DNA of 64,000 bases from Eledone cirrhosa (GCA_964016885.1 OZ024757.1:2108001-2172000); one strand, 5' to 3'. Positions 50,696 to 63,694 are shown, counted from the first letter of the stretch. Numbers and translations are program-made. Notes: generated by a model from the sequence alone, not told the origin.

Positions 50696-53580
50696 TAAGC
50701 GTTAGAATATGTGTAATAAGGCTAAGACAATGCAGGTATGGACATAGAAAAAAGAATGCAATAGTGAAAGATATTGATGTGAATTCGTCTTTCACCTTGA
50801 ATTTATTTAGATGTCCTTAATTTTCGAGATAATATCTCTTCTTCGGAGGGAAGTAAAGGTCTCAAACCAGCGTCTTAAAATCTCTAATCAAGCCATGCTG
50901 ACCGGAAATAGTATAGAGTATCTGTTCTAACTTTAATATCAAAGAATTAAAATTAGGTGGATAAAGAGTAGTCTCCCTTTAAGAGGGGTTTGTTATTGTT
51001 TTGTTTTTGTTTTTGTTTTGTTTTTTTAAATTTTATATGCGTGCCTGTATATGTGTGTGGGAAGGTGTAGGTATGTGGGTGTGTGTGTGTGAGTGTGGGA
51101 AGATAGGTCTAATCGTAAAAGTGGGGGGTAGGTGTTATCTGGTGTTAGAACTGGTTTTGTGTGTGTATGTGTGAGAGAGAATAAGTGGAGGTGTGCGCGT
51201 GCTTGTGTGTGTGGGGTGTGTAAAAATGGGGCTAGAGGCCCTATCAGGTTATAAATTGGGTGTTGAGCTCTAGTCTATTATTGATTGGTGGATGTGTTCT
51301 ATCTATAATAAGTGCTTCCTTAATTCTAAGATTGCTGAGGTTTCTTTCCTTAGTTTCTATCCTAACTGTTATGTTTTTATCGGTGTTTTTGCATTTAACT
51401 AGGTGTTTCTTAAATGAGGAAGCGTTAGTATTGAGGTGTTCTTTTATTCTTATGTGGAGTGGTCTGGTGGTGCTACCTACGTAGAAGTTGTTGCATTTGT
51501 CACACTCTAGTCTGTATACTACGTAAGCCTGGTGGCATAGGTCTGTGTCGTTGATGGGGCAGTTGGTTAGTCTGCAGCAGTTGTCATGTCTGGTGGAGTG
51601 TCTCTTAGCCAGCCGTCCGCGCAAAGAAGGACCCAAGTGGGCCAGTTGAATATCCAGACCCTCTCGTCTGATGGCTCTGCGGATGGCTGTTGTTGTTTCT
51701 TCACTGAAGTGTGGGAGCTTCAGGAAGCAAGTGTTAGTGCCTCGGGTGTGGTGTCCTCTGTTCTTTCTGGCACGGTTTGTGGTGGATGTCGTGTATCCGT
51801 TCAGTTTGAGTACTTCCAGGAAATGTGTGGTGTGTGTGTCTCGGTCTCTGGCGTCGGTGCATTTGTTCTTGATACGTGCCAGTTCATTCTTTATGTATCC
51901 GAACTTGGCACCGAGTGGGAGGGCCGATCTGAAATGTACGAACAGGTCCCTGCTGGCGGATTTTTTATAGAAGCAGGTGTGGATGTTGCCTTCCTCTGTT
52001 ACCCTGAGTTGGAAGTCCAGCAGGGATAGGGATCCGCGGTCATCGGGGTGTTCCATGCTGAACTTTATACTGGCGTCCATGCTGGAGAATGTTGTGTATA
52101 TTTTCTCTGCCTCCTCACGGGATGATGTAAGGATGAGTATGTCATCTACATATCGGGTGAAGAAGGCATGGGAATAGCAGGTGTTGAGGGCTCAGCATTC
52201 TAGCTGGTTCATGTAAGTGATGGCCAGCAGGCCCGAGAGGCTGGATCCCATGGGTAATCCTGTTGTCTGTCTGTATGTGTGGTGGTGGAAGGTGAAGTAC
52301 GTGTTGTCTACTGTGAAGGACAAAAGCTGGTGTATGTCCGTCGGGTGGAGGCCGTAGCAGTGGATGTCCTCTGCGACCACGCAGTCCGTCAATAAATCGA
52401 CAGCTGGGTGAGCGGGGACTGTAGTGTAGAGGGAGACAACGTTGAGGCTAAAAGCGTATTTATTTAGTTTAAGTTGTTCTGGCTGGAGTTGGTGTAGTCT
52501 ACGTATAACTTCGTCGGAGCTACTGACATGCCCGGGAAAGGTGGAGAGTAGAGGCTTGAGGACCTGGGAGAGAAGCCAGGAAATTTTGTATAGGGGTCCT
52601 TCTATGCTAGAGACGATGGGTCTTATATGCGTCTTAGTGCTATTCTTGTGGGTCTTGATGAGGTGGTAGAAAGTGGGCAGTCTGCTATTTCTAGTGGTGT
52701 AGTTGAGTTTAATTTTATTCGGGAGTTGTCTTCTCCTACAGATATCGAACCAAATGGAGTTGGTCTGTTTTTCGATTTGGGCTGCAGTCATGTCTGGGAT
52801 CACTGTGTACAGTTCACTGTCGCTTAGGTGTTCAAAGGCTAGGTTATTGTATGTGGCTTGAGAGATGACGCAGAACTCTTTACCTTTGTCGGATGGTAAG
52901 TAAATAAGTTCCTTATTCCGTAGGTTCTTCAGGGCGAGTTGTTGTGTCCTGGAGAGGTTAGGGGCCATCTTCTTCTGTTTCCGTAAGATGTTAAATACGG
53001 AATGTTTTAGTCTCGAGAGATTTGCTTCCAGCTCGCGCGCGGTGGATAGAGTGGGCGATCTAGTTGGTATATCGGGAATCTGGGTGTGGTGGATTCCGTG
53101 GTGTTGTTGTCGAGAGTCGATATCCATTTCAGTTGGTAGGCAGTCCGACAGAAATTCGTTTCTATGTCGAGCCATAGTCTGTCGTCCAGTCTCTGTTTCA
53201 ATATGAACTTGGGACCCAGGCTGAGGAGGACTAATTCCTCTCGGGAGAGGGATCCTGTCAAGTATGTGACGAGGTGTTTTGCGTCAGGTGTGTTGTTGGT
53301 CGGGGTGCCGCTTATCCACCTAATTTTAATTCTTTGATATTAAAGTTAGAACAGATACTCTATACTATTTCCGGTCAGCATGGCTTGATTAGAGATTTTA
53401 AGACGCTGGTTTGAGACCTTTACTTCCCTCCGAAGAAGAGATATTATCTCGAAAATTAAGGACATCTAAATAAATTCAAGGTGAAAGACGAATTCACATC
53501 AATATCTTTCACTATTGCATTCTTTTTTCTATGTCCATACCTGCATTGTCTTGGCCTTATTACACATATTCTAACGCTTA
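50696..53580 (-). mobile_element. Penelope-like element with inverted ~260-bp pseudo-LTRs
   Basis: RT (PSDKG, RPIVS, GLPMGSSLS, RYVDD) and GIY-YIG (VYRL..YVGST..RIKEH, KEAL) at 51244-53261; 50696-50958 is the reverse complement of 53317-53580. Confidence 0.92.
51244..53261 (-). pseudogene. PLE RT/GIY-YIG polyprotein with one frameshift, one in-frame TGA (52192) and catalytic D->N (FSLNV)
   Basis: ORFs 52192-53175 and 51244-52080 share a frame and the intervening codons (including RYVDD) are open. Confidence 0.85.
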
Positions 53581-53684
53581 TACCTCATTACACAATGCTT
53601 CAAGTGAACTATAACCTCCTCCCTATATATATATATATATAAATATATAAATATATATAAATATATAAATATATATAAATATAT

Positions 53685-54027
53685 GGAGGCACATGGCTTA
53701 GTGGTTAGAGCATTGGCCTTGCACTCGAAAGGTTGTGAGTTCAATTCTCAGACCGGGTGATGTGTTGTTTCCTTGAGCAAGACACTTTATTTCACATTGC
53801 TCCAGTTTACTCAGCTGTAGAAATGAGATGATAGGGACTGGGTCCCTATCATTCCACTGCAAAGTGGTCGTGGAGGTGCCCCGGCAAAAAAGCACCCAGC
53901 ACTCACTGTAAATGAGGTTGGTGTTAGGAAGGGCATCCAGCTGTAGAAATCAAACCAGCATCAGTTCCCGTCCCACCCTTGCAAGCAGGGAAAAAGCGGA
54001 CGTAAAATGAAATGAAAATGAAAATGA
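53685..54027 (+). mobile_element. CORE-type tRNA SINE family 1, full length
   Basis: A box TGGCTTAGTGG, B box GAGTTCAATTC, MIR/CORE-like CCTTGAGCAAGACACTT..CAGTTTACTCAGCTGTAGAAATG, RTE-derived 3' end. Confidence 0.9.
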
Positions 54028-54281
54028 TATATATATATATAAATAGCGAGGGAAAAGTGGTAAGGAACCAGGTGGACCATAACGCACCAAAGTACTCAAT
54101 ACTTAGGGTAGTAGAGTGGGTAATAGGAGTAAGTAAGACCCCTCTTACTTACTCCTATATATATAAATATATATATATATAAATATATAAATATATATAT
54201 ATAAATATATATATAAATATATATATATATAAATATATAAATATATATATAAATATATATATAAATATATATATATATATA

Positions 54282-54312
<31 letters not shown>

Positions 54313-54313
54313 A

Positions 54314-54346
<33 letters not shown>

Positions 54347-55221
54347 AATATATATATATAAATAAATATATATATATAAATATATATATATATAAATATA
54401 TATATATATAAATATATAAATATATATATATATAAATATATAAATATATAAATATATATAAATATATATATATAAATATAAATATATAAATATATATATA
54501 TATAAATATATAAATATATATATATATAAATATATATAAATATATAAATATATATATATATAAATATATATATAAATATATAAATAAATAAATAAATATA
54601 TAAATATATATATATAAATATATATATATAAATATATAAATATAGATATATAACTATATAAATATAAATTAGCGAGAATCGTATTTCAGCACAGGAATTA
54701 ACGAAAATCAACGTCCGATATGTGTGGCAAGCGCTCGATGATTCATGTGAATCAGAGCTACAACATACGTTAAGGGCCCAACACACTGAGATGATGGTTA
54801 AACATATCATCCGCACAGCCAAAACAAACCACCAAGTAATTCGGGTCAAACAATAAAAATATATGTGTTGATACTTTCCCGGACCCTGGACTGATGGTAA
54901 AATCCAGTATTGGTTTCTGTGACTCCAAAATCAGGTACTGTCCACCTACATAAAGAATGTTGGGCTTCTGGTAAGATGATTGAACAAGGAAGCCGTGTTA
55001 TAACTATATATATATATAAATATATAAATATATATATAAATATATAAATATATATATATAAATATATATATAAATATAAATATATATAAATATATAAATA
55101 TATATATATATAAATATAAATATATAGATATATATATATATAAATATAAATATATAAATATATATATATATAAATATAAATATATATATAAATATATAAA
55201 TATATATATATAAATATATAA

Positions 55222-55252
<31 letters not shown>

Positions 55253-55261
55253 AATATATAA

Positions 55262-55296
<35 letters not shown>

Positions 55297-55583
55297 AATA
55301 TATAAATATATATATATAAATATATATATAAATATATATATATATAAATATATATATATATTTCGTTTCTGAATTTGTTTAGCAAGATTCTTTATCTGAA
55401 ATCGTGTGTTGAAACCGATATTGTTATACTTTGGGAGGGTCATGTTGCCAATAAGAAACACACGCACCAGTTGCTTTCACTTCAATTTATTATATATTTA
55501 TAAATTTATAAATTTACAAATCTACAAATTTATAAATTTCTGGTTGGTTGGTTGGTTCCACAACCAGATAGTTGTTTATATAT

Positions 55584-55628
55584 AGTCATAGTCCTTTCGT
55601 CACAAACTCTGTGACCTCTTCAGTGACT
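55584..55628 (-). ncRNA. Hammerhead ribozyme in the sense 3' pLTR
   Basis: AGTCA-CTGAAGA-GGTCACA..TGTGAC-GAAA-G-GA-C-TA-TGACT. Confidence 0.7.
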
Positions 55629-55840
55629 GGGGATTCCTTTCTTTGTTTCTGTGCCTTTCCTTTCTTCTGTCCTACGCCATTTTGTTTCTCTGTGTGTGTT
55701 GTGTGCTCAGTTTGCGCATGCGCCACATCCGGGTGTCTGTGTGTGTTTGTGTTAATTTATCTATTTGTTTATTTATTTATTTATTTACATGTTATTGGTT
55801 GGTTGTTTGTTCTATGTGTGTGTGTGTTTTCATTTTGTCC

Positions 55841-57592
55841 TTAATTGTAAGTTGTGATGTTGCTGTTCCACTTATATTTTCTATTTAATTTTGGTTGTAA
55901 TTCTTTTATGTTTATTGCCTCTGTAATTTGTCTAAACATTGCATCTTTTCTGTGTGTAGATTCTATTTTTATTTCTATGTTCTCTAATTTACCCTTGTGT
56001 TCTATCTTAGCATGTTGGTAGAGTACAGATGATTCTTTATTATCTTGAAGGTCTCGCCAGTGTTCATTTATCCGTTCCCCTATACTACGAGCTGTCTCAC
56101 CTATGTACACTATATTTTTGTTTCTACATTGTCCTTCAGTACATCTTATGCTATACACTACATTTCTAGTTTTACAGTTAATATGGGGGCTTATTTTACA
56201 GGTTATATATTTCTTATCTATACATGAGGGTCTTTGAAACGGGTATGTCTTGCTAATAAGTGTTTTTACGGAGGTACCTGGTCTTTCTACTATCTTAATA
56301 TTGAGTTTATGTTTATTTAGGGCCCTTCTAAATTTGTAGGCTAGTTCGCCTCTAGGGGTTGTATCGATGAACATTACACGCTGGTATTTATTGCTATCAT
56401 ACCATGAGTTTATTCTATTGGCCTTGTTCCTAGTTCTTTCTATTCTATTCCAAAATTTGCTCCTATACAAGGGGCAGGTCCCATTTATGTCATTATTTAC
56501 CATTTTTTCCCATTTGGTTCTGGCTCCTCTATACACTCTGATTCTATCTCTCTGATTGTAGCCAGAGAACTGCATACGGTGGATGAAGTGTTGTATGTGT
56601 CTCTCTAGTTCTTCGGGGTTGCACATGCGGGACACATTTCTCATCACCCGTACCAAATCCGCAATCAGTATGTTGATTTTGGTATGGTCCGAAATGGCCG
56701 AGTTTCGGTGGATCAGATGTTTGGAAGTCATGGGTTTGGCATAATGGGAATGGAGGATTTGTTTTTGGTTGTTAATGGTATCTAACCAGAGCTCTGTGTC
56801 TAGTACAGGTAATCGATGGTTGGGGTGTCTACTTGGGTAGTCTATAGTAACTCTAATGCTCTGGTGGATAGAGTTTGCTATTTGCTGGATGCTTTCCATT
56901 GTGTTTTTCTCTAGTTCCTGACTGTTCTCTGGTGGGAGTGTCTTAACTACGATGTTTATATCATCTACGTAGCGGGAGTCCATTATCAGGGTTAAGCTGT
57001 CTTCTAATTGTTCTTTAAGTTTAAGTTTAAGTCTACTGTCCCACCATACCATGAATAAGTTAGCTATGTCGCCTGCAATGCTAACACCAATGGCTGCTCC
57101 TTCTTCTTGGGCATATGTTTTTCCATTAAATTTGAACATATGTTCCCTAAGGGTTACTTTTATGCTGGCCCCTACCGCATGTGCAATCATTTTCTTCAGT
57201 TCATCGTGGTTTTCAGGTGTCCGTATGGCTCTGGTCCACCCGTTCCATCTATCTGTGTGGGTTTTCTTGGCCATTGAGGTAATGGTAGGTGGTCTGCCTC
57301 TTGCTGGTCTTGTAGGGCACAGGTTGCTAAGGTCATATGTGTCTAGGTAACTATTACTATGGGTAAGCTTAAGTAGAAGTCCCAGCTCACTGGTATCAAT
57401 CCCACGGAACTCAACCTTGCTCTCGCTGATCATTTCTACGCATTTCTCCACAGCAAAATCCACGTCAATAGATGGATACAGGGACACAACATCCATACTG
57501 CCTATTATGCAGTTTGTTAGGTCCCCAGATCGGTTAGTCACGCCGATTCTGCTGAGGAGGTCCTCCGTGCTGTCACATACATCTGGGGACAT
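55841..57592 (-). pseudogene. PLE RT + GIY-YIG (583-aa open segment; frameshifted from the N-terminal part near 57630-57680)
   Basis: RT and GIY-YIG motifs as above. Confidence 0.88.
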
Positions 57593-58845
57593 CTCAATGA
57601 TGGGGCGTATGATCAGGGAGAGGAAGTAGTTACTAGCAATGTTAGCTCCACAGACTGGCCGTGTTGGTGGCCCCGCGACGGGTCACAGCCCGTTTTATGG
57701 TCTTTTCGAAGCCCATACAACGCCGGCACGTCATTGTTCCAGGCCTGGAAGTTGTTGGCAGTCCTTTTCTTGGGCTGCATTATATTCGTCCACATCACCA
57801 TATGGGCATTGAGGGCTTTTTCTCTATCCTCATGCTCCTGTGGTGTTACCTCTCTTGTGTTAGTGATGTGGGGTTGCATTGCCTGGATGTAGTTTGGCAG
57901 GCTGTCAACCGACATTCTGCCAGACTTGTCTGTTGGAAAGCATGCTATCTCTCCATTACGTGAGCGCTGCATGAGCTTACGCAAGCCATTTGCAGATTTT
58001 TCTCCCAGTTGCTGGGCCTCTATTCTATTATGCTTCTTGCTATACTGTTCTGTAATATTTCTAAGTTCGGATCTAGCTATACTAAATTGTGCTTCTGTTT
58101 GTTCATCGACTTGCGACGGCAACTGCGTGCGTTTGTTAAATGGTAAAGTCGTGGCGTGGACTCGTCGCAGGTCGAATGATTTATCGGAGGGATTATAAAA
58201 CGTAGAGTTCCAGACTGCTGCTTTATGTGTACTAGTGCTATTGTTATTGTTAGTTGTGTTGTTTCTATTTCCATTTCCACCAACAGCCTCATGGTTGTTT
58301 CTATGTCTCTCATAATTACTCCTGTCTCTTTCCACTGGCTCATTGTTGTTATCTACCCTATTTTGTGTGTCTGTGTGTTCGTCTTGGTTATTCTCTTTGT
58401 CCTTAGTCTCCCTTCTCCTTTTAATCCTATTACTTTCCCTTACTTCTGTGATTTCTGTGCTACTGTCATTACTTGTTTTCTGTGTCTGTGTGTTTGTTAA
58501 GATTGTGGTGGTGGTGAGAGGCATTGAATGCGTGTGTGTTGTTGTTGATGTGTGCTGTTGTTGATGTGTGTTGTTGTTGTCTCCGTGTGTGTTATTGTTG
58601 TTGTGTGTGTTGTTATTGTTTGTGTCTGCGTGTCTGTTGTTGTTGTTTCTGGGTATATTGTTGTTGTTGTTGATGTGTGTGTTGTTGTTATTGTTGTTTG
58701 TGTCTGTGTGTCTGTTGTTGTTGGGATGTGTGTTGTATATGTGTGTGCGTATATTGTCGCAAACTGAGCACACAACACACACACAGAAACAAAATGGCGT
58801 AGGACAGAAGAAAGGAAAGGCACAGAAACAAAGAAAGGAATCCCC

Positions 58846-58890
58846 AGTCACTGAAGAGGTCACAGAGTGTGTGACGAAAGGACTATGACT
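58846..58890 (+). ncRNA. Hammerhead ribozyme in the inverted 5' pLTR
   Basis: Inverted copy of 55584-55628. Confidence 0.7.
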
Positions 58891-59131
58891 ATATATAAAC
58901 AACTATCTGGTTGTGGAACCAACGAACCAACCAGAAATTTATAAATTTGTAGATTTGTAAATTTATAAATATATAATAAATTGAAGTGAAAGCAACTGGT
59001 GCGTGTGTTTCTTATTGGCAACATGACCCTCCCAAAGTATAACAATATATATATATATAAATATATATATATATAAATATATATAAATATATATATATAA
59101 ATGTAAGTATGTATGTATACGTACCTGTATG

Positions 59132-59167
<36 letters not shown>

Positions 59168-59173
<6 letters not shown>

Positions 59174-59602
59174 TGCTACTGTACGTCTGTATACATATAT
59201 GTATGTACGTATACATACATACTTACATTTAAGTAAGTGCCGTACTAAGAGTGAGAAATGAAATTTCGTTTCATTATATTACAACTTATCGTTTTCGGTA
59301 CGCCTGGCCGACTGAACTCACTCGATATGCAAATTAGGCTGCTTAGCCATTAATTTTCATAAGGAAAGTACATACTTTCGAACGTTCAACCATCTGGCAG
59401 AAGGGTATACGGTGCTGATGATAGCTAAGAAGTTTGAAACTAGTACATCGTTCCTGTGTCAGTGTTGAACAAAAAGGTGACGTGGTTGCCTTAATACCGT
59501 ACGGCATAAATCAGGCTGTCCGCTTGTTTACAAACGGACAAAGCGGGCGTTATAATAAACGTCCGCTAAACTGATACGTACATATATATATGTGTACCTG
59601 TC

Positions 59603-59635
<33 letters not shown>

Positions 59636-59752
59636 GCATGCTACTGTACGTCTGTATACATATATGTATGTACGTATACATACATACTTACATTTAAGTA
59701 AGTGCCGTACTAAGAGTGAGAAATGAAATTTCGTTTCATTATATTACAACTT
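59168..59752 (+). mobile_element. Retrozyme-like element, copy 3 (diverged subfamily), about 1.25 monomers (period ~465 bp)
   Basis: 59171-59289 is repeated at 59636-59754; HHR at 59409-59451. Confidence 0.7.
59409..59451 (+). ncRNA. Minimal type I hammerhead ribozyme
   Basis: ACGGTG-CTGATGA-TAGCT-AAGA-AGTTT-GAAA-CTAG-TA-CATCGT. Confidence 0.8.
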
Positions 59753-59780
59753 ATATATATAAATATATATATATAAATAT

Positions 59781-60110
59781 GGAGGCACATGGCTTAGTGG
59801 TTAGAGCATTGGCCTTGCAATCGAAAGGTTGTGAGTTCAATTCTCTGATGTGTTGTTTTCTTGAGCAAGACACTCTATTTCACATTGATCCAGTTTACTC
59901 AGCTGTAGAAATGAGATGATAGGGACTGGAGTCCTTATCATTCCACTGCAAAGTGGTCGTGGAGGTGCCACGGCATAAAATCACCCAGCACTCACTGTAA
60001 ATGAGGTTGGTGTTAGGAAGGGCATCCAGCTGTAGAAATCAAGCCAGAATCAGTTCCCGTCCCACCCTTGCAAGCAGGGAAAAGCGGACGTAAAATGATG
60101 ATGATGATGA
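59781..60110 (+). mobile_element. CORE-type tRNA SINE family 1, full length
   Basis: As 53685-54027. Confidence 0.9.
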
Positions 60111-60266
60111 TATAAATATATATATATATAAATATATATATATATGTATAAATATATATATAAATATATATATATATGTATAAATATATATATATATATA
60201 TAAATATATATATATATGTATAAATATAAATATATAAATATATATATTTATATATATATATATTTA

Positions 60267-61617
60267 TATATAGATATATACATGTTGCAACTGGCCACTT
60301 TTAAGCTCTATGAAGAATTAATAAATTAAAAAATCAGAGCAATATATCATAAATCATGTCTTTAGAATCATCAGATAAAATATATACCATTTCTTCTTCT
60401 AATTAGCATAATTAACCATATAAAAAATCAATTAGAACAAGCTATAAGAATAAATGCTCTTATGGAGAAATCTCCGACAAATAACTTCGCGGCCTCAATC
60501 GAGTATTTATCCAACATTTCGGCAGCATGTAGAAACTGACTAAATATACCATCAACCATACACAATTAGGTGTAAAATTAAACTTAGAAGAAATGCGCAC
60601 ATACCGTAATTATATCTCTACCATGGTTTCTTCCTTATTTTTAGACATCCAAATAATAGGAATGTCCTGAATTAGGATTCATCAGGAGACAAACTCAAAA
60701 TCAGACATCTAGTTTTTCAATCCGATCCCGCCAAAAATAGATTCAAAAATGGCTAAGAATCGCTATGTGGCTGTGGTCAAGCCAGAAAGAATGTGATTGG
60801 TTGCTTACGGCGGGTAGGCTTGCTGCTAGAAAGCGCAGCCAAATATCGCCAAATTTAATCTCAACCTATCGGGAGTTTATTGTTATATGGTTAATTATGC
60901 TAATTAGAAGAAGAAATAGTATATATTTTATCTGATGATTCTAAAGACATGATTTATGATATATTACTCTGATTTTTTAATTTATTAATTCTTCATAGAG
61001 CTTAAAAGTGACCAGTTGCAACATGTATATATCTATAACTTTATGTATATGTTAACCTTTATATTTAATAATCTCCCGATAGGTTGAGATTAAATTTGGC
61101 GATATTTGGCTGCGCTTTCTAGCAGCAAGCCTACCCGCCGTAAGCAACCAATCACATTCTTTCTGGCTTGACCACAGCCACATAGCGATTCTTAGCCATT
61201 TTTGAATCTATTTTTGGCGGGATCGGATTGAAAAACTAGATGTCTGATTTTGAGTTTGTCTCCTGATGAATCCTAACTCAGGACATTCCTATTATTTGGA
61301 TGTCTAAAAATAAGGAAGAAACCATGGTAGAGATATAATTACGGTATGTGCGCATTTCTTCTAAGTTTAATTTTACACCTAATTGTGTATGGTTGATGGT
61401 ATATTTAGTCAGTTTCTACATGCTGTCGAAATGTTGGATAAATACTCGATTGAGGCCGCCGCGAAGAGGCTACGTTCGGTTATTTGTCGGAGATTTCTCC
61501 ATAAGAGCATTTATTCTTATAGCTTGTTCTAATTGATTTTTTATATGGTTAATTATGCTAATTAGAAGAAGAAATGGTATATATTTTATCTGATGATTCT
61601 AAAGACATGATTTATGA

Positions 61618-61620
<3 letters not shown>
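60267..61620. mobile_element. ORF-less fold-back HHR module (~540-bp inverted arms plus partial tandem)
   Basis: 60345-60875 vs 61073-61620 inverted; 60267-60421 vs 60886-61036 inverted; HHRs at 60613-60691 (-) and 61257-61335 (+). Confidence 0.75.
61257..61335 (+). ncRNA. Type I hammerhead ribozyme with long stem II
   Basis: TGTCTC-CTGATGA-...-GAAA-CCATGG-TA-GAGATA. Confidence 0.65.
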
Positions 61621-61653
<33 letters not shown>

Positions 61654-61661
61654 TATATATT

Positions 61662-62272
61662 TATGGATGTATATATAATGTATTTTGCAATACACTTTAT
61701 GCTTAATTAAAAGCATTTTGAAGACCGTAAGCTATTGTTTTAAAGTAGTGACAAATTCACTTACTTTGATCTCAGCAAACAGGGGAGATAAGCCGACAAG
61801 TCTTGTTTCGCTTTGGTTGAAGCTTATCAAGGCCAACTACCCCGCCCGTCTGCTGAGATCATTGATGTTATATTCTTATAGAAATCTAGTAAATAATCAG
61901 GAGCTGATTATGCAGAGCGGTTGTTGGTCAGGCAGAAATTAAAAATTAGAATTGGAGCTCTGAAATAGCAATATATATATGGATGTATATATAATGTATT
62001 TTGCAATACACTTTATGCTTAATTAAAAGCATTTTGAAGACCGTAAGCTATTGTTTTAAAGTAGTGACAAATTCACTTACTTTGATCTCAGCAAACAGGG
62101 GAGATAAGCCGACAAGTCCTGTTTGCTGAGATCAAAGTAAGTGAATTTGTCACTACTTTAAAACAATAGCTTACGGTCTTCAAAATGCTTTTAATTAAGC
62201 ATAAAGTGTATTGCAAAATACATTATATATACATCCATATATATATTGCTATTTCAGAGCTCCAATTCTAAT
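61662..62272 (-). mobile_element. ORF-less module: 317-bp partial tandem plus inverted arm, with degenerate HHR at 61791-61834
   Basis: 61662-61806 is repeated at 61979-62123; 61948-62098 is inverted at 62118-62272; minus strand GGCC-TTGATAA-GCTT..AAGC-GAAA-CAAG-A-CTTG-TC-GGCT. Confidence 0.65.
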
Positions 62273-62421
62273 ATATATTTATATATATATATAAATATAT
62301 ACTCTTTTACCTGTTTCAGCCATCCGGCTGAGGCCATGCTGGGGCACCGCCCTTACATATATATATATAAATATATATATAAATATGTATAAATATATAT
62401 ATATAAATAAATATATGAATA

Positions 62422-62457
<36 letters not shown>

Positions 62458-62912
62458 AATATATATATAAATATATAAATATATATATAAATATATATAT
62501 ATAAATATATAAATATATATATATATAAATAAATATATATATAAATAAATATATATAAATAAATATATATATAAATAAATATATATAAACGGCCTGAGCT
62601 CAGCCGTCGGGGTCTTACTTGTTCCTATATATAAATATATATATAAAAATATATAAATATATATATATATATAAATATATATATATATAAATATATATAT
62701 ATAAATACATATATATATATAAATATATATATATATAAATATATATATATAAATACATATATATAAATACATATATATATATATAAATACATATATATAT
62801 AAATACATATATATATAAATACATATATATAAATAAATATATATATATATAAATAAATATATATATATATAAATAAATATATATATATATAAATAAATAT
62901 ATATATATATAA

Positions 62913-62951
<39 letters not shown>

Positions 62952-63166
62952 TATATCTATATATAAATATAAATATATATCTATATATAAATATAAAAAT
63001 ATATATATATATATAAATATATATATATAAATATATAAATATATATATAAATATATATATATAAATATAGATTTTGAGTTTATGTTGGTTGTATACCAAC
63101 ACCTCAGTATGCAGGCTGGAGCACTCGACGAAGTGCGCAGGTTGGTTTGGTTACTCCGGAGTAGTG

Positions 63167-63458
63167 TAAAATAAAGTTAAATAAAAGTCAAATGATTAAA
63201 ATTTAGCTTCGTTTATTACTGCTATATATATTTCAGTGACAGCCATCTTTGGCTGTGACCTCTTCAGGCAGTTTGAATTAGTATGGTATAGACAAGTACA
63301 TATGTTGTTTAGGTGTGTACATATGTTGTTTAGGTCTATACCATACTAATTCAAACTGCCTGAAGAGGTCACAGCCAAAGATGGCTGTCACTGAAATATA
63401 TATAGCAGTAATAAACGAAGCTAAATTTTAATCATTTGACTTTTATTTAACTTTATTT

Positions 63459-63460
<2 letters not shown>
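63167..63460. repeat. ~127-bp inverted repeat, each arm with an HHR (63218-63272 minus, 63355-63409 plus)
   Basis: ACTGC-CTGAAGA-GGTCACAGCCA-AAGA-TGGCTGTCACT-GAAA-TATATA-TA-GCAGT. Confidence 0.8.
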
Positions 63461-63490
<30 letters not shown>

Positions 63491-63578
63491 AAAATATATA
63501 TATATATATATATATAAAAAAATATATATATATATATATATAAAAAAAATATATATATATATATAAAAATATATATAT

Positions 63579-63637
<59 letters not shown>

Positions 63638-63694
63638 AATATATAAAAAAAATATATATATATATATAAAAATATATATATATATATAAATATA

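Larger units (their letters stand above)
55410..59045 (-). mobile_element. Near-complete Penelope-like element with inverted ~295-bp pseudo-LTRs
   Basis: ORFs 57613-58750 and 55841-57592 (SMDVVSLYPSI, GAAIG, RYVDD, LPVLD, YIGETAR); 55420-55716 is the reverse complement of 58757-59045. Confidence 0.93.

Noticed and set aside
52192-52194. In-frame TGA in the PLE as selenocysteine or programmed readthrough
   Set aside because: Not at a conserved Cys position and most simply a CGA->TGA decay; the element also has a frameshift and a catalytic D->N change.
53685-53760. tRNA gene
   Set aside because: A and B boxes are present, but the sequence continues into CORE and LINE-derived parts and recurs in several copies; it is a SINE head.
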